Source: Mobula hypostoma
Taxonomy: Eukaryota
Reading direction: 5' to 3'
Assembly: GCF_963921235.1 (NCBI RefSeq)
Contig: NC_086097.1
Location: 71,238,001 to 71,302,000 of the forward strand
DNA: 64,000 bases
Part shown: piece after piece, positions 13,221-25,300 of the stretch
Position numbering within the stretch: position 1 is the stretch's first letter
Layout of the letters: the number at the start of each line of letters is the position of its first letter
The notes under the pieces: generated by a model
The model's input: only the letters and a program-made list of their open reading frames with translations
The model's database searches: none
What the model was told of the DNA's origin: nothing
Program-made: the position numbers and the translations under genes

Positions 13221-15285
13221 TAGAAACATAGAAACATAGAAAATAGGTGCAGGAATAGGCTATTCGGCCCTTCGAGCCTGCACCACCATTCAGTACGATC
13301 ATGGCTGATCATCCAACTCAGAACCCTGTACCTGCCTTCTCTCCATACCCCCTGATCCCTTTAGCCACAAGGGCCATATCTAACTCCCTCTTGAATATAG
13401 CCAATGAACTGATCTTAGCTGTTTCCTGTGGCAGAGAATTCCACAGATTCACCACTCTCTGTGTGAAGAAGTTTTTCCTCATCTCGGTCCTAAAAGGCTA
13501 CCCCATTATCCTCAAACTGTGACCCCTCGTTCTGGAATTCCCCAACATCGGGAACAATCTTCTTACATCTAGCCTGTCCAATCCCTTTAGAATTTTATAC
13601 GTTTCAATAAGATCCCCCCTCAATTTTCTAAATTCCAGAGAATATAAGTCTAGTCGATCCAGTCTTTCCTCATCTGAAAGCCCTGCCATCCCAGGAATCA
13701 ATCTGGTGAACCTTCTGTGTACTCCCTCTATGGCAAGAATGTCTTTCCTCAGATTAGGGGACCAAAACTCACACAATACTCCAGGTGTGGTCTCACCAAG
13801 GCCTTGTACAACTGCAGTAGTACCTCCCTGCTCCTGTACTCAAATCCTTTTGCTATGAATGCTAGCATACCATTTGCCTTTTTCACCGCCTGCTGTACCT
13901 GCATGCCCACTTTCAATGACTGGTGTACAATGACACCCAGGTCTCGTTGCACCTCCCCTTTTCCTAATCGGCCACCATTCAGATAATAATCTATTTTCTT
14001 GTTCTTGCCACCAAAGTGGATAACCTCACATTTATCCACATTAAATTGCATCTGCCATGAATTTGCCCACTCACCTAACCTATCCAAGTCACCCTGCAAC
14101 CTCTTAGCATCCTCCTCACAGCTAACACTGTCGCCCAGATTCGTGTCATCTGCAAACTTGGAGATGCTGCATTTAATTCCCTTGTCTAAGTCATTAATAT
14201 ATATTGTAAACTACTGGGGTCCCAGCACTGAGCCTTGTGGTATCCCACTCCTTACTGCCTGCCATTCTGAAAAGGTCCTGTTTATTCCCACTCTTTGCTT
14301 CCTGTCTGCCAACCAATTCTCGATCCACATCAATACCATACCCCCAATACCATGTGCTTTAAGTTTGCACACTAATCTCCTGTGTGGGACCTTGTCAAAA
14401 GCCTTTTGAAAATCCAAATATACCACATCCACTGGTTCTCCCCTATCCACTCTACTAGTTACATCCTCAAAAAATTCTATGAGATTCGTCAGACATGATT
14501 TTCCTTTCACAAATCCATGCTGACTTCGTCTGATGATTTCACCGCTTTCCAAACGTGCTGTTATCACATCTTTGATAACTGAGTCTAGCATTTTCCCCAC
14601 CACTGATGTCAGGCTTACCAGTCTATAATTCCCTGGTTTCTCTCTCCCTTCTTTTTTAAAAAGCAGGGTTACATTAGCCACCCTCCAATCCTCAGGAACT
14701 AATCCAGAATCTAAAGAGTTTTGAAAAATTATCACTAATGCATCCACTATTTCTTGTGCTACTTCCTTAAGCACTCTGGGATGCAGACCATCTGGCCCGG
14801 GGGATTTATCTGCCTTCAATCCCTTCAATTTACCTAACACCACTTCCCTACTAACATGTATTTCCCTCAGTTCCTCCATCTCACTAGACCCTCAGTCCCC
14901 TACTATTTCCGGAAGATTATTTATATCCTCCTTAATGAAGGCAGAACCAAAGTAGTTATTCAATTGGTCTGCCATGTCCTTGTTCCCCATAATCAATTCA
15001 CCTGTTTCTGTCTGTAGGGGACCTACATTTGTCTTAACCAATCTTCTTCTTTTCACATATCTGTAAAAGCTTTTACAGTCAGTTTTTATGTTCCCTACCA
15101 GCTTTCTCTCATAACCTTTTTTCCCTTTCCTAATTAAGCCCTTTGTCCTCCTCTGCTGGACTCTGAATTTCTCCCAGTCCTCAGGTGTGCCGCTTTTTCT
15201 GGCTAATTTGTATGTTTCTTCTTTGGAATTGATACTATCCCCAATTTCCCGTGTCAGCCACAGATGCACTACCTTCCCTGGTTTC
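13221..15285 (-). mobile_element. Young 5'-truncated CR1 LINE (ORF2 reverse transcriptase)
   Basis: ORFs 14892-15269, 14211-14879 (KSPGPDG, NYRLVSLTS, YLDFQKAFDKVPH, GIPQGSVLGP), FADDT, 13749-14099 and 13498-13776. (CTATGTTT)n tail. 6-bp TSD CCTGCA at 13215-13220 and 15286-15291. Confidence 0.95.
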
Positions 15286-15444
15286 CCTGCAGATCTTTAG
15301 TGAAAGCTGGTATCCCCATAGCAAGAACAGCACCAGATCTCCTCACATCCTTTGGCTGGGGTGGTAGATAGGTATTCCACTCCCGGAACTCCTGGATCAG
15401 AGCTCCTCCCATTCTTGCTGGCCTATCAGGAACCTATCCAGGAG

Positions 15445-15993
15445 TAGGGTTGCCAACTTTCTCACTCCCAAATAAGGGACAAAAGTAGCAGTCAAATACG
15501 GGACACTTGTGTTTACCCCGAGAAAGACTACCATGACCACGAAGCCTTTCGCCGGGTACCTGTGTGCGTATGTGTGACATGCGCATACATGATGTGCGCA
15601 TGTGTGTACGTGCCGATTTTTTTCTTCAAATCGGTTTTGGCTTAATCTTCCCGATTCTGATACACTGTACATATATTATTCCTACTTTATATAGGCTGCA
15701 TATTTATCATATCATTCCTGCTTGTACTATATTTTAGTGTTATTTTAGGTTTTATATGTTATTGGTATGAATTGGTAGGTTATTTTTTGGGTCTGGGAAC
15801 GCTCAAAAAATTTTCCCATATAAATTAATGGTAATTGCTTCTGCGCTGTACGCCATTTCGGCTTACAAACAGTTTCATTGGAACGCCCTACCTTAGCGGG
15901 GGAAATACGGGACAAGGGCGGTCCCGTATGGGACAAACCAATTTAGCCCAATATATAGGACGTCCCGGCTAATACGGGACAGTTGGCAACCTA
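15445..15993. mobile_element. Non-autonomous hAT element (MITE)
   Basis: TIRs TAGGGTTGCCAACT / AGTTGGCAACCTA, 8-bp TSD TCCAGGAG (15437-15444, 15994-16001), and subterminal ATACGGGACA-type repeats at both ends. Confidence 0.9.
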
Positions 15994-16160
15994 TCCAGGA
16001 GTGTCATGATATCTGATATCTGGTACAGTCTCACTAGGTCATCAAGGGGCTTCCATGCCTTCAGCTGAGCACCTGGGGCTGCATACCCCTCCTACTGAAT
16101 CCAGTGTCCCATCACTCATCATCAGAACCATCATGCTTGGCTGAAAATGGAGCCACCATC

Positions 16161-16426
16161 TGTGAGTGCAAACTGGTTCTTGAACACTTTTATTTTCTTG
16201 CAGCTTGCAATCCTGGCACTGTCTCACCTCTCCCTTCCGCACTTACACCAAAATCAGCCCTTAAGTAAGGATCTCCTTACTCTAGGGGAAAAGGGATAGT
16301 CCATTCTTGGAATGCAGCGGAGTGGGGAGGGCGTTACCATCAGCCTGAACAATTACACAAAAACCAAAATACAGGAATTCACATCCTTCTTCACAATCAT
16401 AAACATCCACAAATACATTTGTCACA
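16161..16426 (-). repeat. Candidate 5' LTR of the Gypsy relic
   Basis: Minus strand starts TGTGA and ends TCACA, contains AATAAA (~16190), and is followed after 2 nt by PBS-like TGGTGGCTCC. The outer end is ambiguous (alternative 16395). Confidence 0.5.
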
Positions 16427-16466
16427 ATAAGATCACGATGATGTTGTACAAGCAAAATCAATCAAT

Positions 16467-16603
16467 CACAAACAAAAGAAAATCTGCAGAAGCTGGAAAT
16501 CCAAGCAACACACACAAAATGCTGAAGAAACTCAGCAGGCCAGGCAACATCTATGGAAAAGAGTACAGTCGAGGTTTCGGGCCGAGACCCTTCAGCAGGA
16601 CTG
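16467..16603 (-). mobile_element. Short Penelope 3'-end copy starting at a hammerhead motif
   Basis: Minus strand from 16603 reads cagtc-CTGCTGA-agggtctcggccc-GAAA-cctc-gactg. AATCAAT flanks both sides. Confidence 0.85.
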
Positions 16604-17616
16604 AATCAATAACTAACCATTTTCTAGGGAGCCAGTGCTCTCCTCATTCCCCAAAATGAACTCTTTCACTGAGCCAGCACAGAGCATGTGCCACTACAAA
16701 CAGGCACCTTTTCTAAGACACCCCACCCATCAGTCAGATCCCCTCCCTGATACAGGAAGCAACAACAAACAGGACTCATCAAAGAACACCACTGTCCTGA
16801 AGTGTGCAAGTACAAACAAAAATGACCATGCTGTGCATTGGCCTAGCACGTGCATGATAAGCATGATGTCAGCACTGCCAGACAGGGATAATGAGAATCA
16901 CGAGGCCACAAGCCGGGGGGTGGGTGGGGGGGAGGGTGCAAGATAATGACACATCCTTTCCAGTGTCATTGCACAATGTAGCCAGAGTTTCATTTTGCTG
17001 GATCTTTGGCGAGATAATGGTGATTAAACCTTGATCGGGTGGTCCTTTTTCTTCCCACATAAGCTACCAAACTGGGTCAGTACTTCTCTTTAATATCTTA
17101 AGTCAACAACAAGTAGATGTGAGGGAGAGGAAATTGCAAGGCAAGAATGCATGAGTTAGCATCAAATCTATGGCTAAGTTCAATGAATTCTTCCAGAGTT
17201 CCAAGTTTCTAGTTTTCTGCAACATCTGTGTTTATTGTACCTGCTCATCAGAATTACTGTGATCATTTGCACAAATAGCGGGCAATTCTAGAATAATTTC
17301 AAAGGATCTCACTTGGAAATGAAGTGCTTTTGATATAAATTTGAAACTTTCTATGAATTTAGCAAATGTTCAGAAAATAGAGCTATCAGAAGAAGCAATA
17401 TTTAGGTGTTCCTCATGTCCTGGTGTTTCATAGTGGGTATCATTCCATCAACACCATATTGCCTGAACTGCTTATGGTTTCAAAGCTCTACAGAGGTGGT
17501 CACTGTTCTCTTAGCTGATATTCCTACCAATCCACTGGCAATTTAGGTGAACTCCTCCTCCTTGTTGTGGAGAGTACATGAGGTACATTTGTCATTTCCT
17601 TGTAACCCTGTCAATA

Positions 17617-18166
17617 CAGTCAGTGGCCACTTTAATAGATACCTCCTTTAACTAATAAAGAGACCACTGAGTGCATGTTAGTAGTCTTCTGCTACTGTAG
17701 TCCATCCACTTCAAGGTTGAAAGTGTTGTGCATTCAGAGATGCTCTTCTGCACACCACTGTAGTAACGTGTGATTATTTTAGTTACTGTCACCTTCCTGA
17801 CAGCTTGAACCAGTCTGGACGTTCTCCTCTGACTTCTCTCATTAACAAGAAACTGCCATTCACTGGGTGATTTTTTTTTTCTTGCACCATTCTCTTTTAG
17901 CTCTAGAGGCTGCTGTACATGAAAATCCCAGGAGATCAGCAGTTTCTGTGATACTCAAACCACCCTGTCTGGCACCAACTAACATTCCACAGTCAAGATC
18001 ACTTAGACCACATTTCTTCCTCTTTCTGATGTTTGCTCTGAACAACTGAATATCTTGAACATGTCGGCATACATATGCATTGAGTTGCTGCCACATAAGT
18101 GTCTGATGAGATATTTGCATTCATGATCATGTATACAGATGGACCTAGTAATGTATGCAATGAGTG
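17617..18166 (-). mobile_element. Non-autonomous Tc1-like element with transposase HTH remnant
   Basis: ORF 17860-18120 LSDLDCGMLVGARQGGLSITETADLLGFS..ASRAKREW resembles a Tc1-family N-terminal HTH. Degenerate TIRs flanked by TA on both sides. Confidence 0.8.
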
Positions 18167-18189
18167 TATGCCTCCAACATTTTGCTTTT

Positions 18190-18380
18190 CTCGTTCTCTC
18201 CCCTCAGCTATCACCTTCCAGACTGTACTCCTTCTCCTCCCTCTACTTTATTATTCTGACCTCTTCCTCCTTCCTTTCCAATCCTAACGAAGAGACTTGG
18301 CTCAAGATGGCAACCATTTATTCCCCTCCATAGATGCTGCCTGACCTGTTGCATTCATGCAGTATTCCATGTGTATTTTT
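18190..18380 (+). mobile_element. Decayed Penelope 3'-end copy
   Basis: Pyrimidine-rich tract, cctaacgaagagacttggctcaa (eroded hammerhead), catagatgctgcctgacctgttg. Confidence 0.65.
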
Positions 18381-18912
18381 CTTCTTGAAGGCAGTTCTTT
18401 GAGTTCAGAATCTGTGCCTGGCTGACCAGCTCTCTGCAAACTCTATTTCCAACATGGAGGGCATCATCCGCTTCTTCTATCAGCTGGGACTATTTTTGAG
18501 AACGTACCTCCTGTTCTCTTTTGCCCTTTACAGTCCCTACTCCTACAAGGGACAGAGAAACAAACCTAAGTGAAGGTGTGTATTACAACAGGAGTAGGCA
18601 GAGACAAGTGGATCCAACATTGTAGTAGGAATGATGGATAGATAAATTGAGAGACAAGGAGCATGAACAGTGAAAACGACGTGCAACTGAAAGTCACTGG
18701 ATGTTCAATTAGTAAGCCAGGGTGAAAGGTAAGAACTTAATTCAAAGGATGTAAATGGATCAGTAAAAGTGCTCACTTACCCTGGTTAGATCTGTAAGTA
18801 GTAATCAACGGTGCCACAATGACACCATAATGGGGTTCTCAGTTCCTCAGTCACTTCTAATCATGGCTCCTTGGTAGGATCTGAAGATTCTTCCTCATAC
18901 TACTGAGGAAAT

Positions 18913-19775
18913 TTCAAAGTAAATTTACTATCAAAGTACATATGTGTCACCATATACAACCCTGACATTCATTGTCTTGTGGGCATACTCAACAAATCTA
19001 CAGAATTATTTTTTAAAAAGGTATCCATTAGTCTTGCGAGACCATTGGATCTGCGCCTGGAAAGTCTTCACTCTCCAGGGCATAAGCCTGGGCAAGGTTG
19101 TATGGAAGACCGGCAGTTGCCCATGCTATAAATCTCCCCTCTCCACGACACCGATGTCGTCCAAGGGAAGGGCAAGGGCCGATACAGCTTGGCACCAGTG
19201 TGGTTGCAGAGCACTGTGTGGTTAAGTGCCTTGCTCAAGGATGCTGCCTTGGCTGGGGCTCGAATTCACGACCTTCAGGTCACTAGTCGAATGCCTTAAC
19301 CACTTGGCCACATTTTGTATAGAATAATAATTATAACAGAATCAATGAAAGTCCACCCCACTTTGGTGTTCAATCAGAATGCTGAAGACAACAAAGTGCA
19401 AATGCAAAAAGAAAGAAATAATAATAATAAATAAATAAGCAATAAATACTGAGAACATGAGATGAAGAATCCTTGAAAGTGAGTCCATTAGTTGTGGGAA
19501 CATTTCAATGATAGGGAAAGTGAAGTTATCCCCTTTGGTTCAAGAGCCTGATGGTTGAGGGGTAGTGACTGTTCCTGGAACTAGTGGTGTGAGTCCAAAG
19601 CTCCTGTACTTTCTTCCTGATAGGAGCAGTGAGAAGAGAGCATGACCTGGATGCTGCTTTCCTGTGACAGTTTCATGTAGATGTAATCAATGATTGGGAG
19701 GTCTTTACGCCTAATGGACTGGGACATATCCACTACTTTTTATAGGATTTTCTGTTCAAGGGCGTTGGTGTTTCT
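18913..19775 (-). mobile_element. Rex1/Babar 3' end interrupted by a SINE
   Basis: Reverse complement of the 3' UTR seen at 29.1-29.4, 31.5-31.8 and 55.6-56.0 kb (gttgtatatggtgaca...actttgaa). Confidence 0.85.
19005..19311 (-). mobile_element. tRNA-derived SINE
   Basis: Minus-strand head gtggccaagtggttaaggcattcgactagtgacctgaaggtcgtgaattcgagccccagc has A-box and B-box-like motifs, followed by ccttgagcaaggcacttaacc. Confidence 0.85.
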
Positions 19776-19809
19776 CCACCTTGTGACTGCACCCAGTTTT
19801 TTACTTTAG

Positions 19810-20390
19810 AGATTCATAGAGCCGCTCAACAGAGAAATGGGGCTTTTGGCCCAACCCAGTCATGCAGATCGTGATGCCTACCTACGTTTATCCTATTTGT
19901 TTGAATTACACCTGCATCCTCTACTCCTTTCCCATTCCATTACCTGTTGAAATGATCTTTAAATGTTGTAATTGTTTCTAGCTGTCAATTCCTCTGACAG
20001 TTTACTCCATGCAATCATCCTTCTCTCTGTGAAAATGTATCCCTCAAATCTCCTTTGAATTTCTCTCCTCTCAGCTTAAACCTATGTCTTTTAGTTTTAG
20101 ATTCCACTATTATTAGAAAAAGACTCTTAAATTTCTGCCTTATCTATGGTACTCAAAACCTTATAGACTCATATAAAATCATCTTTCAGCCTCTATCATA
20201 TTGATGTTAACAAACCCAACATATTCAAACTCATCTTCAAACTAAAGGCCTTTTTACCGTGCCGCATTCCAGTGACTCTCTTCTACATTCTTTCAAATGC
20301 TGCCGTATCCTTTCTGTCATATGGTGAACAGAACTGAGCACAATACTCTCAGTGCGGCCTAACCAACATTTTGTACAGTTGCATCATGAT
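19810..20390 (-). mobile_element. Old CR1 3' fragment
   Basis: Reverse-strand LYKMLVRPH.EYC.QF.SP motif and CR1-type 3' UTR. Confidence 0.7.
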
Positions 20391-20394
20391 GACA

Positions 20395-21632
20395 TGCCCT
20401 TTGGTAGAAGAAATGAAAGGATTGACTATTTTCTAAATGGAGAGAAAATATAAAAATTTGAGGTGCAAAGGAACTTGGGAGTCCATGTGCAGGATTCCCT
20501 AAAGGTTGATTCTGTGGTGAGGAAGGCAAATGCAATATTAGTATTCATTTTGAGAGGACCAGGAATGAAAGGGTTACCATATGAGTAACATCTGGCAGCT
20601 CTTGGGCTGTATTCCCTGGAGTTCAGGAGAATGAGGGGGATCTCATAGAAACATTCTGAATGTTAAAAGGCCTGAATAGATTAGATATGACAAAGTTATT
20701 TCCCATGGTAGGGGATTCTAGGACAAGAGGGCACAATTTCAGGATTGAAGGACGTCCTTTTAGAACTGAGATGTAGAGAAATTACTTCAGTTAGAGGGTG
20801 GAAAATCTGTGGAATTTGTTGTCACGTGCGGCTGTGGAGGCCAAATCATTGGGTGTATTTAAGGCAGAAATAGATAGGTTCTTGATTAGCCAGGGTATCA
20901 AAGGGTATGGGGTGAAAGCAGGGGAGTGGGGATGACTGGAAGAATTGGATCAGCCCATGACTGAATGGCAGAGCAGACTCGATGGGCTGAATGGCCTACT
21001 TCTGCTCCTGTATGTTATGGTCTTATGGTCTATGGATGAGAATATAAAAGCAAAAATGTAATGTTGAGACTTTATAAAGCACTGGTGAGGCCTCACTTGG
21101 AATATTGTGAACAGTTTTGGGCACCTTATCTTAGAAAGTATGTGCTGAAACTGGAGAGCGTTCAAAGGTGGTTCACAAAAATGATTCCAGAATTGAATGG
21201 CTTGTCATATGAAGAGAGTTTGATGGCTCTGGGCCTGTATTCACTAGAATTCAGAAGAACGAGGCGTGGCCTCATTGAAACCTATCGAATGGTGAAAGAC
21301 CATGATAGAGTAGATGTGGAGAGGATATTTCCTATGGTGGGGGTGTCTAAGACCAGAGGACACAATCTCAGAATAGAGGGGCTTCCTTTGAGAATGGAGA
21401 TGAGGAGTAATTTCTTTCGTCAGAGAGTGGTGAATCTGTGGAATTGATTGTCACAGGGAGCTGTGGATGTCAAATTTTTATGTATATTTAAGGCAAAGGT
21501 CAGTAGATTCTTGACTGGTCAGGGCATAAAGGGATACAGGAGGAAGGCAGGAGATTGGGGCTGAAAGGAAAAATGAATTAGCCTCGATGGGCCAAATGGC
21601 CTAATTCAGCTCATATATCTTATGGTCTTATG
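20395..21632 (+). mobile_element. CR1 3' portion containing a nested second CR1 3' end (~20561-21037)
   Basis: The outer copy breaks at ...FILRG and resumes EYKSKNVMLRLYKALVRPHLEYC (ORF 21061-21447). Inner and outer copies each end in a ttatggtc-type tail. Confidence 0.9.
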
Positions 21633-21764
21633 ACATCATGTTGCAACTAGACAAAAGTGAATTCCTGTACTCGCACCCTCCTCTGAGTATGTGACACCCA
21701 ATCAGAATATTGTTTACATTTGATTTTCAGGATCTAGGGCTTTCTGGTTAAAGTCTGTCCCAAG

Positions 21765-21987
21765 CCTTATAGGCTCATCAGGCCGGTGCTTATGCTGGTT
21801 TCCATGACATGAAGCAACTGAGAGTATGAGACTCCCCCCCCCCCCGCCCCCCCCAGATATGACACCAGTCTGTCGCGAGGATAACCCCCAGCGTTTTGCC
21901 AGTACTCACTTTCAGCTGGGTGGACTGGAGCAGTGTGTGGGTAAGTGCCTTGCTCAAGGACGCAACACGTTGCCTCGGCTGGGGTTT
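21765..21987 (-). mobile_element. 5'-truncated SINE with MetaSINE-like core
   Basis: Shares ccccagccgaggca...ccttgagcaaggcactta with the 19.0-19.3 kb SINE but has a different body (ggggttatcctcgcgacagactgg...gcttcatgtcatggaaacc...ccggcctgatgagcc). Core assignment is from memory. Confidence 0.65.
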
Positions 21988-22124
21988 CTGGCAAGGCCAA
22001 TAATTATTGACTTTCCCTATCTGCCCTTGAGAAGGTACTGGTGAGCTGTTAAAAGTATTTCCACAGTAGTACTGGGGAAGGAGTTCCAAAACTTAGACAC
22101 CATGGATAATTAAAGAACAAAGAC

Positions 22125-22340
22125 ATTTGTTTTGCACAGAGAGTGGTGGCTGTTGGGATTACCCTGCCAGTGGCAGATACATCAGGGCCATTTAAGGAAC
22201 TCTTAGATAGGCACATGAATGTTAGAAAAATGGAGGTGATGTAGAAAGGAAAGGTTTGATTGATGTTAGAGTAGGTTAAAAGATCAGCACAATATTGTGG
22301 GATGAAGCACTTGTACTGTGCTGTGGTGATTTATGTTCTA
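22125..22340 (+). mobile_element. CR1 3' end
   Basis: cacagagagtggtgg...ttagataggcacatgaat...tgtactgtgctgt, typical CR1 terminal region. Confidence 0.7.
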
Positions 22341-25300
22341 ATTATTTCCAGGTCAGTACGGCATGCAGCTTGGAAGGAAACCTGTAGATGCTAATGTTCT
22401 CAAGTGCCTGGTATTTTTGTCCATCTTCCTGGTGGAAGTCTGGGTTTTGGGAGGTGCTGTCAGAGTAGCCAAAGCAAGCACATTTTGTTATGGTGCACAC
22501 TGCAGCTACTGTGTACCGACAGTGAAGAAAATGATATTTAGCATGATAGTGATGTAACAGGTAAACAGATTGCTTTTGTTCTGGATCTTGTCGAACTTCT
22601 AGAGTGGTTAAATTGCATTCTTCCAGGCAAGTGTAGAGTATTCCATCAAACTCTTGACATAGGATTGCAGATGATGAAAAGACTTTGGAGTGTCGGAAGG
22701 GGAGTCACCAGCTGCAAGACTCTCAGACCCTGAAATATCATTTAGCCAGTTTGCACATTGGTGGGCCAGTTGAATTTATCTTCGATAGTGAACCCTCACC
22801 TCCCCCTCCATAAGATTGAAGGAGGTGGACTTGGTGGTTGTAATGCAACTGAATGTCAAGGCGAAGTGGCCAGGCTCATTCTCGTTGGAGATGGTCATTG
22901 TTTGGGGCTTCTGAGATGTGAATGTGAACTTACTGTTTACCAGCCTATGCCTGAATTTTGTCTTAGTCTTGCTGCATCCAGGCATTTGCTGTTGAAATTG
23001 GGAATGAACTGAATGATATGTTGGGGGACAATCACTGGTGTCACAGCTGGAGATGGTTAGATTAAGGACTCTGCAGTCAGAACACTTGAAGTGATGTCAG
23101 GGCTGGAATGATTGCCCTCCATCAATCACGCCCATTTTACTTTATAATATGACCCTGACAACAGGATTTTTTTTATTGTTGCTCCTTAACTTCAGTTATA
23201 TCAGGGTCCACCCCATAGCGTCACATACTGTCAAGCGTTGCCTTGATGTCACGCCTGTCACTCTCCGTTACTCTGATAGTTACAGAGCATTGACTGCCAA
23301 TTGTTTATAGACTGTGGTGATGTACATTGTAAGTGCTGTTGCTGATTGTCCACATGCCTTTGTGGCTGTCCAGTCTTGTACTGCCAGCGCTTTCCAAACC
23401 TATCCATCCTATTTCGCACAGTTATCCGAGAGTCACATAACAATGACACCAGCTAAGGTTGCTGAGTTTCCTCTGCTGAAACACATTAATGAACCAGAAT
23501 CTAGAAGTTATCTGGTTCTCATTATGAATAACTAACTTTACTTTAAAAAAATCCCATGTTATTAACTGAATTTTAATTCCACAATTACCATTGCAGGATT
23601 TGAACTCACATTTCTGGATTGTTAGCCCAGGTTTCTGTTCGACTAAACCAGTAACTTAACAGCTACAACATCTTCATACCCTTTACCTTAACACAAATAC
23701 CTAGCTTTCTTAACTTCTGTTAAAGTTAGATTATCAACATTGGCTTTACCTAGCATTAGTTTTTATTTTGGTGAATTTGATATTATCGGGTTGTTTTATG
23801 GAAGATTTTTCTTTGCAAGATCTTTAGTACAGTCATTGACACCTTTTAAATTTTACTTGGACTTAGCAGTAGAGTGCATTGATCACTTACCTGTGGAAAA
23901 TGGACCAGAGCCCTTTTAAGATGATTCTGGGGGAGTAAGCCCATATCATTGTAAAGTGAAAACAGATCTTGGAATCATAGACAATTCACAAACAGAGGGC
24001 AAATTTCTGCATCCAGACTTTTTTCAGGAAAAAAGTACATATCTTTTTCATTTTTATGTGTTACCAAACCAATTTTGTTTCTTAACAATTCTGGTCCAAA
24101 GAATAAGGTTATTGCAAACAGGAAGAACAAGATTTCTAGTAAGTTTGCCAACGTTATTTAAAAAAATAACAAAGGTAGTGTTTTGTTCCAACATACCTTG
24201 TTGTTAGCACAGACTCAAGAGTTCGATAATAATTTTAAATGAGAAAATATTCTCTAAAGTAACTGAAGGCATTGAAGACATATGTATCAAGAATAGATTA
24301 AAACTCATTTCAAGTACCACAAACTGAATTTGGTCTATTCTGCCTCCAGAGAGTTATTAAGATCATATCTGGCAGGAATATTACAATAAAATGGAGGAGA
24401 AGCTCACTGAGGGGATGAAGGCAGGTCTGTGTAAAAGTTGATCTTATTTCATTACAATGTGTACTTGGCAGGGTGTAAATGAACTGAAATGTTATCTTAT
24501 TTGACCACCCCAAGGGGCTTAACTAAATATCACACTAAACTGGCATGTGAACTCAACTGAGAAATCATCAAAACAAAGCTGCCTACTAAACTCGATCTCA
24601 TTATGCTCAGCAATGTGCTTGCCAGCCCCAGGAACTGAGCTTCATCATATCTCACCACTTGATAGAGGATGAAGTTAGTTTCATTGACCCAGCCAGTGAA
24701 CTCAGCTGAAACATCAGTCCTATGCCCTCTATGTGAAAAAGGTTCTTCTTTTAGGACTCATTTTACTGATACGTTTACAGTCCCATGCATTCCCTTTACA
24801 CAGGTTGCATCCTTTTTCTGATTTCTTACTTGAAAATCATCAATAGTTATAATCTGACCTGGATTTGATTGCCTGACAACACACTCCCAAAGTCTGTTTA
24901 AACAGACTTTTTTACTGTTCTTTAGAAAGTTACTGGCTTCAGAGCCTTTTCGTCAAGCTTAAATCTTACCTTCCTTTATTTGTTTTCCTATTACTTGTAT
25001 TTCTCAGTTTCTGAACTTCCTTCAAATTTCCTTTTGCTGAATGCATTTTCTGGGGCTTTTCATTATTAGATTGTTCACCAGCAAACTTATTGCTGAGTTA
25101 GGTGGCGGATGATCACAATTTTTAAATGAAGAAGACAGCATGTGCATAGAGGAACTTCCTAGTGTTCAACTGCAGTAAGCAGCAGGAATTTCAACCATCC
25201 CTGAATCTTGCATTAGTATAACTCATGCCCTTCCAATCTAACTCAATTCAATATCTCACAGCAGAGTACTTGAGACGTGGTGGGTAGATGAAATGTTTTT

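Larger units (their letters stand above)
11500..16426 (-). mobile_element. Gypsy LTR retrotransposon relic of Gmr1-like SCAN type (LTR-gag-SCAN-zinc knuckle-protease), 3' truncated and interrupted
   Basis: gag PTFQDREDNENYLFCFEFLA..W....WACRLISLLTGK..AY (12886-13220); SCAN-like TKDDIREVVVLQDLPGDICTWVKVHEP...AAAQL (12250-12435); decayed knuckle FFCQQPGHKASC (~12110-12150); aspartic protease VNGQTVQALLDTAS (11680-12021). Confidence 0.85.

Noticed and set aside
11680-13302. Domesticated SCAN or gag gene
   Set aside because: Multiple stops, frameshifts and transposon insertions show neutral decay.
18781-18791. Minus-strand microexon (cag|11 nt|gtaagt)
   Set aside because: Not a multiple of 3, weak polypyrimidine tract, and no partner exons.
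19240-19311. tRNA gene
   Set aside because: The tRNA-like sequence runs into a SINE core and tail and sits inside a LINE 3' UTR, so it is a SINE head.
22360-23260. Possible ancient LINE remnant (similar patches at ~25.5-26.5, 51.5-51.9 and 59.4-60.4 kb)
   Set aside because: Too eroded to assign a family or boundaries by eye.
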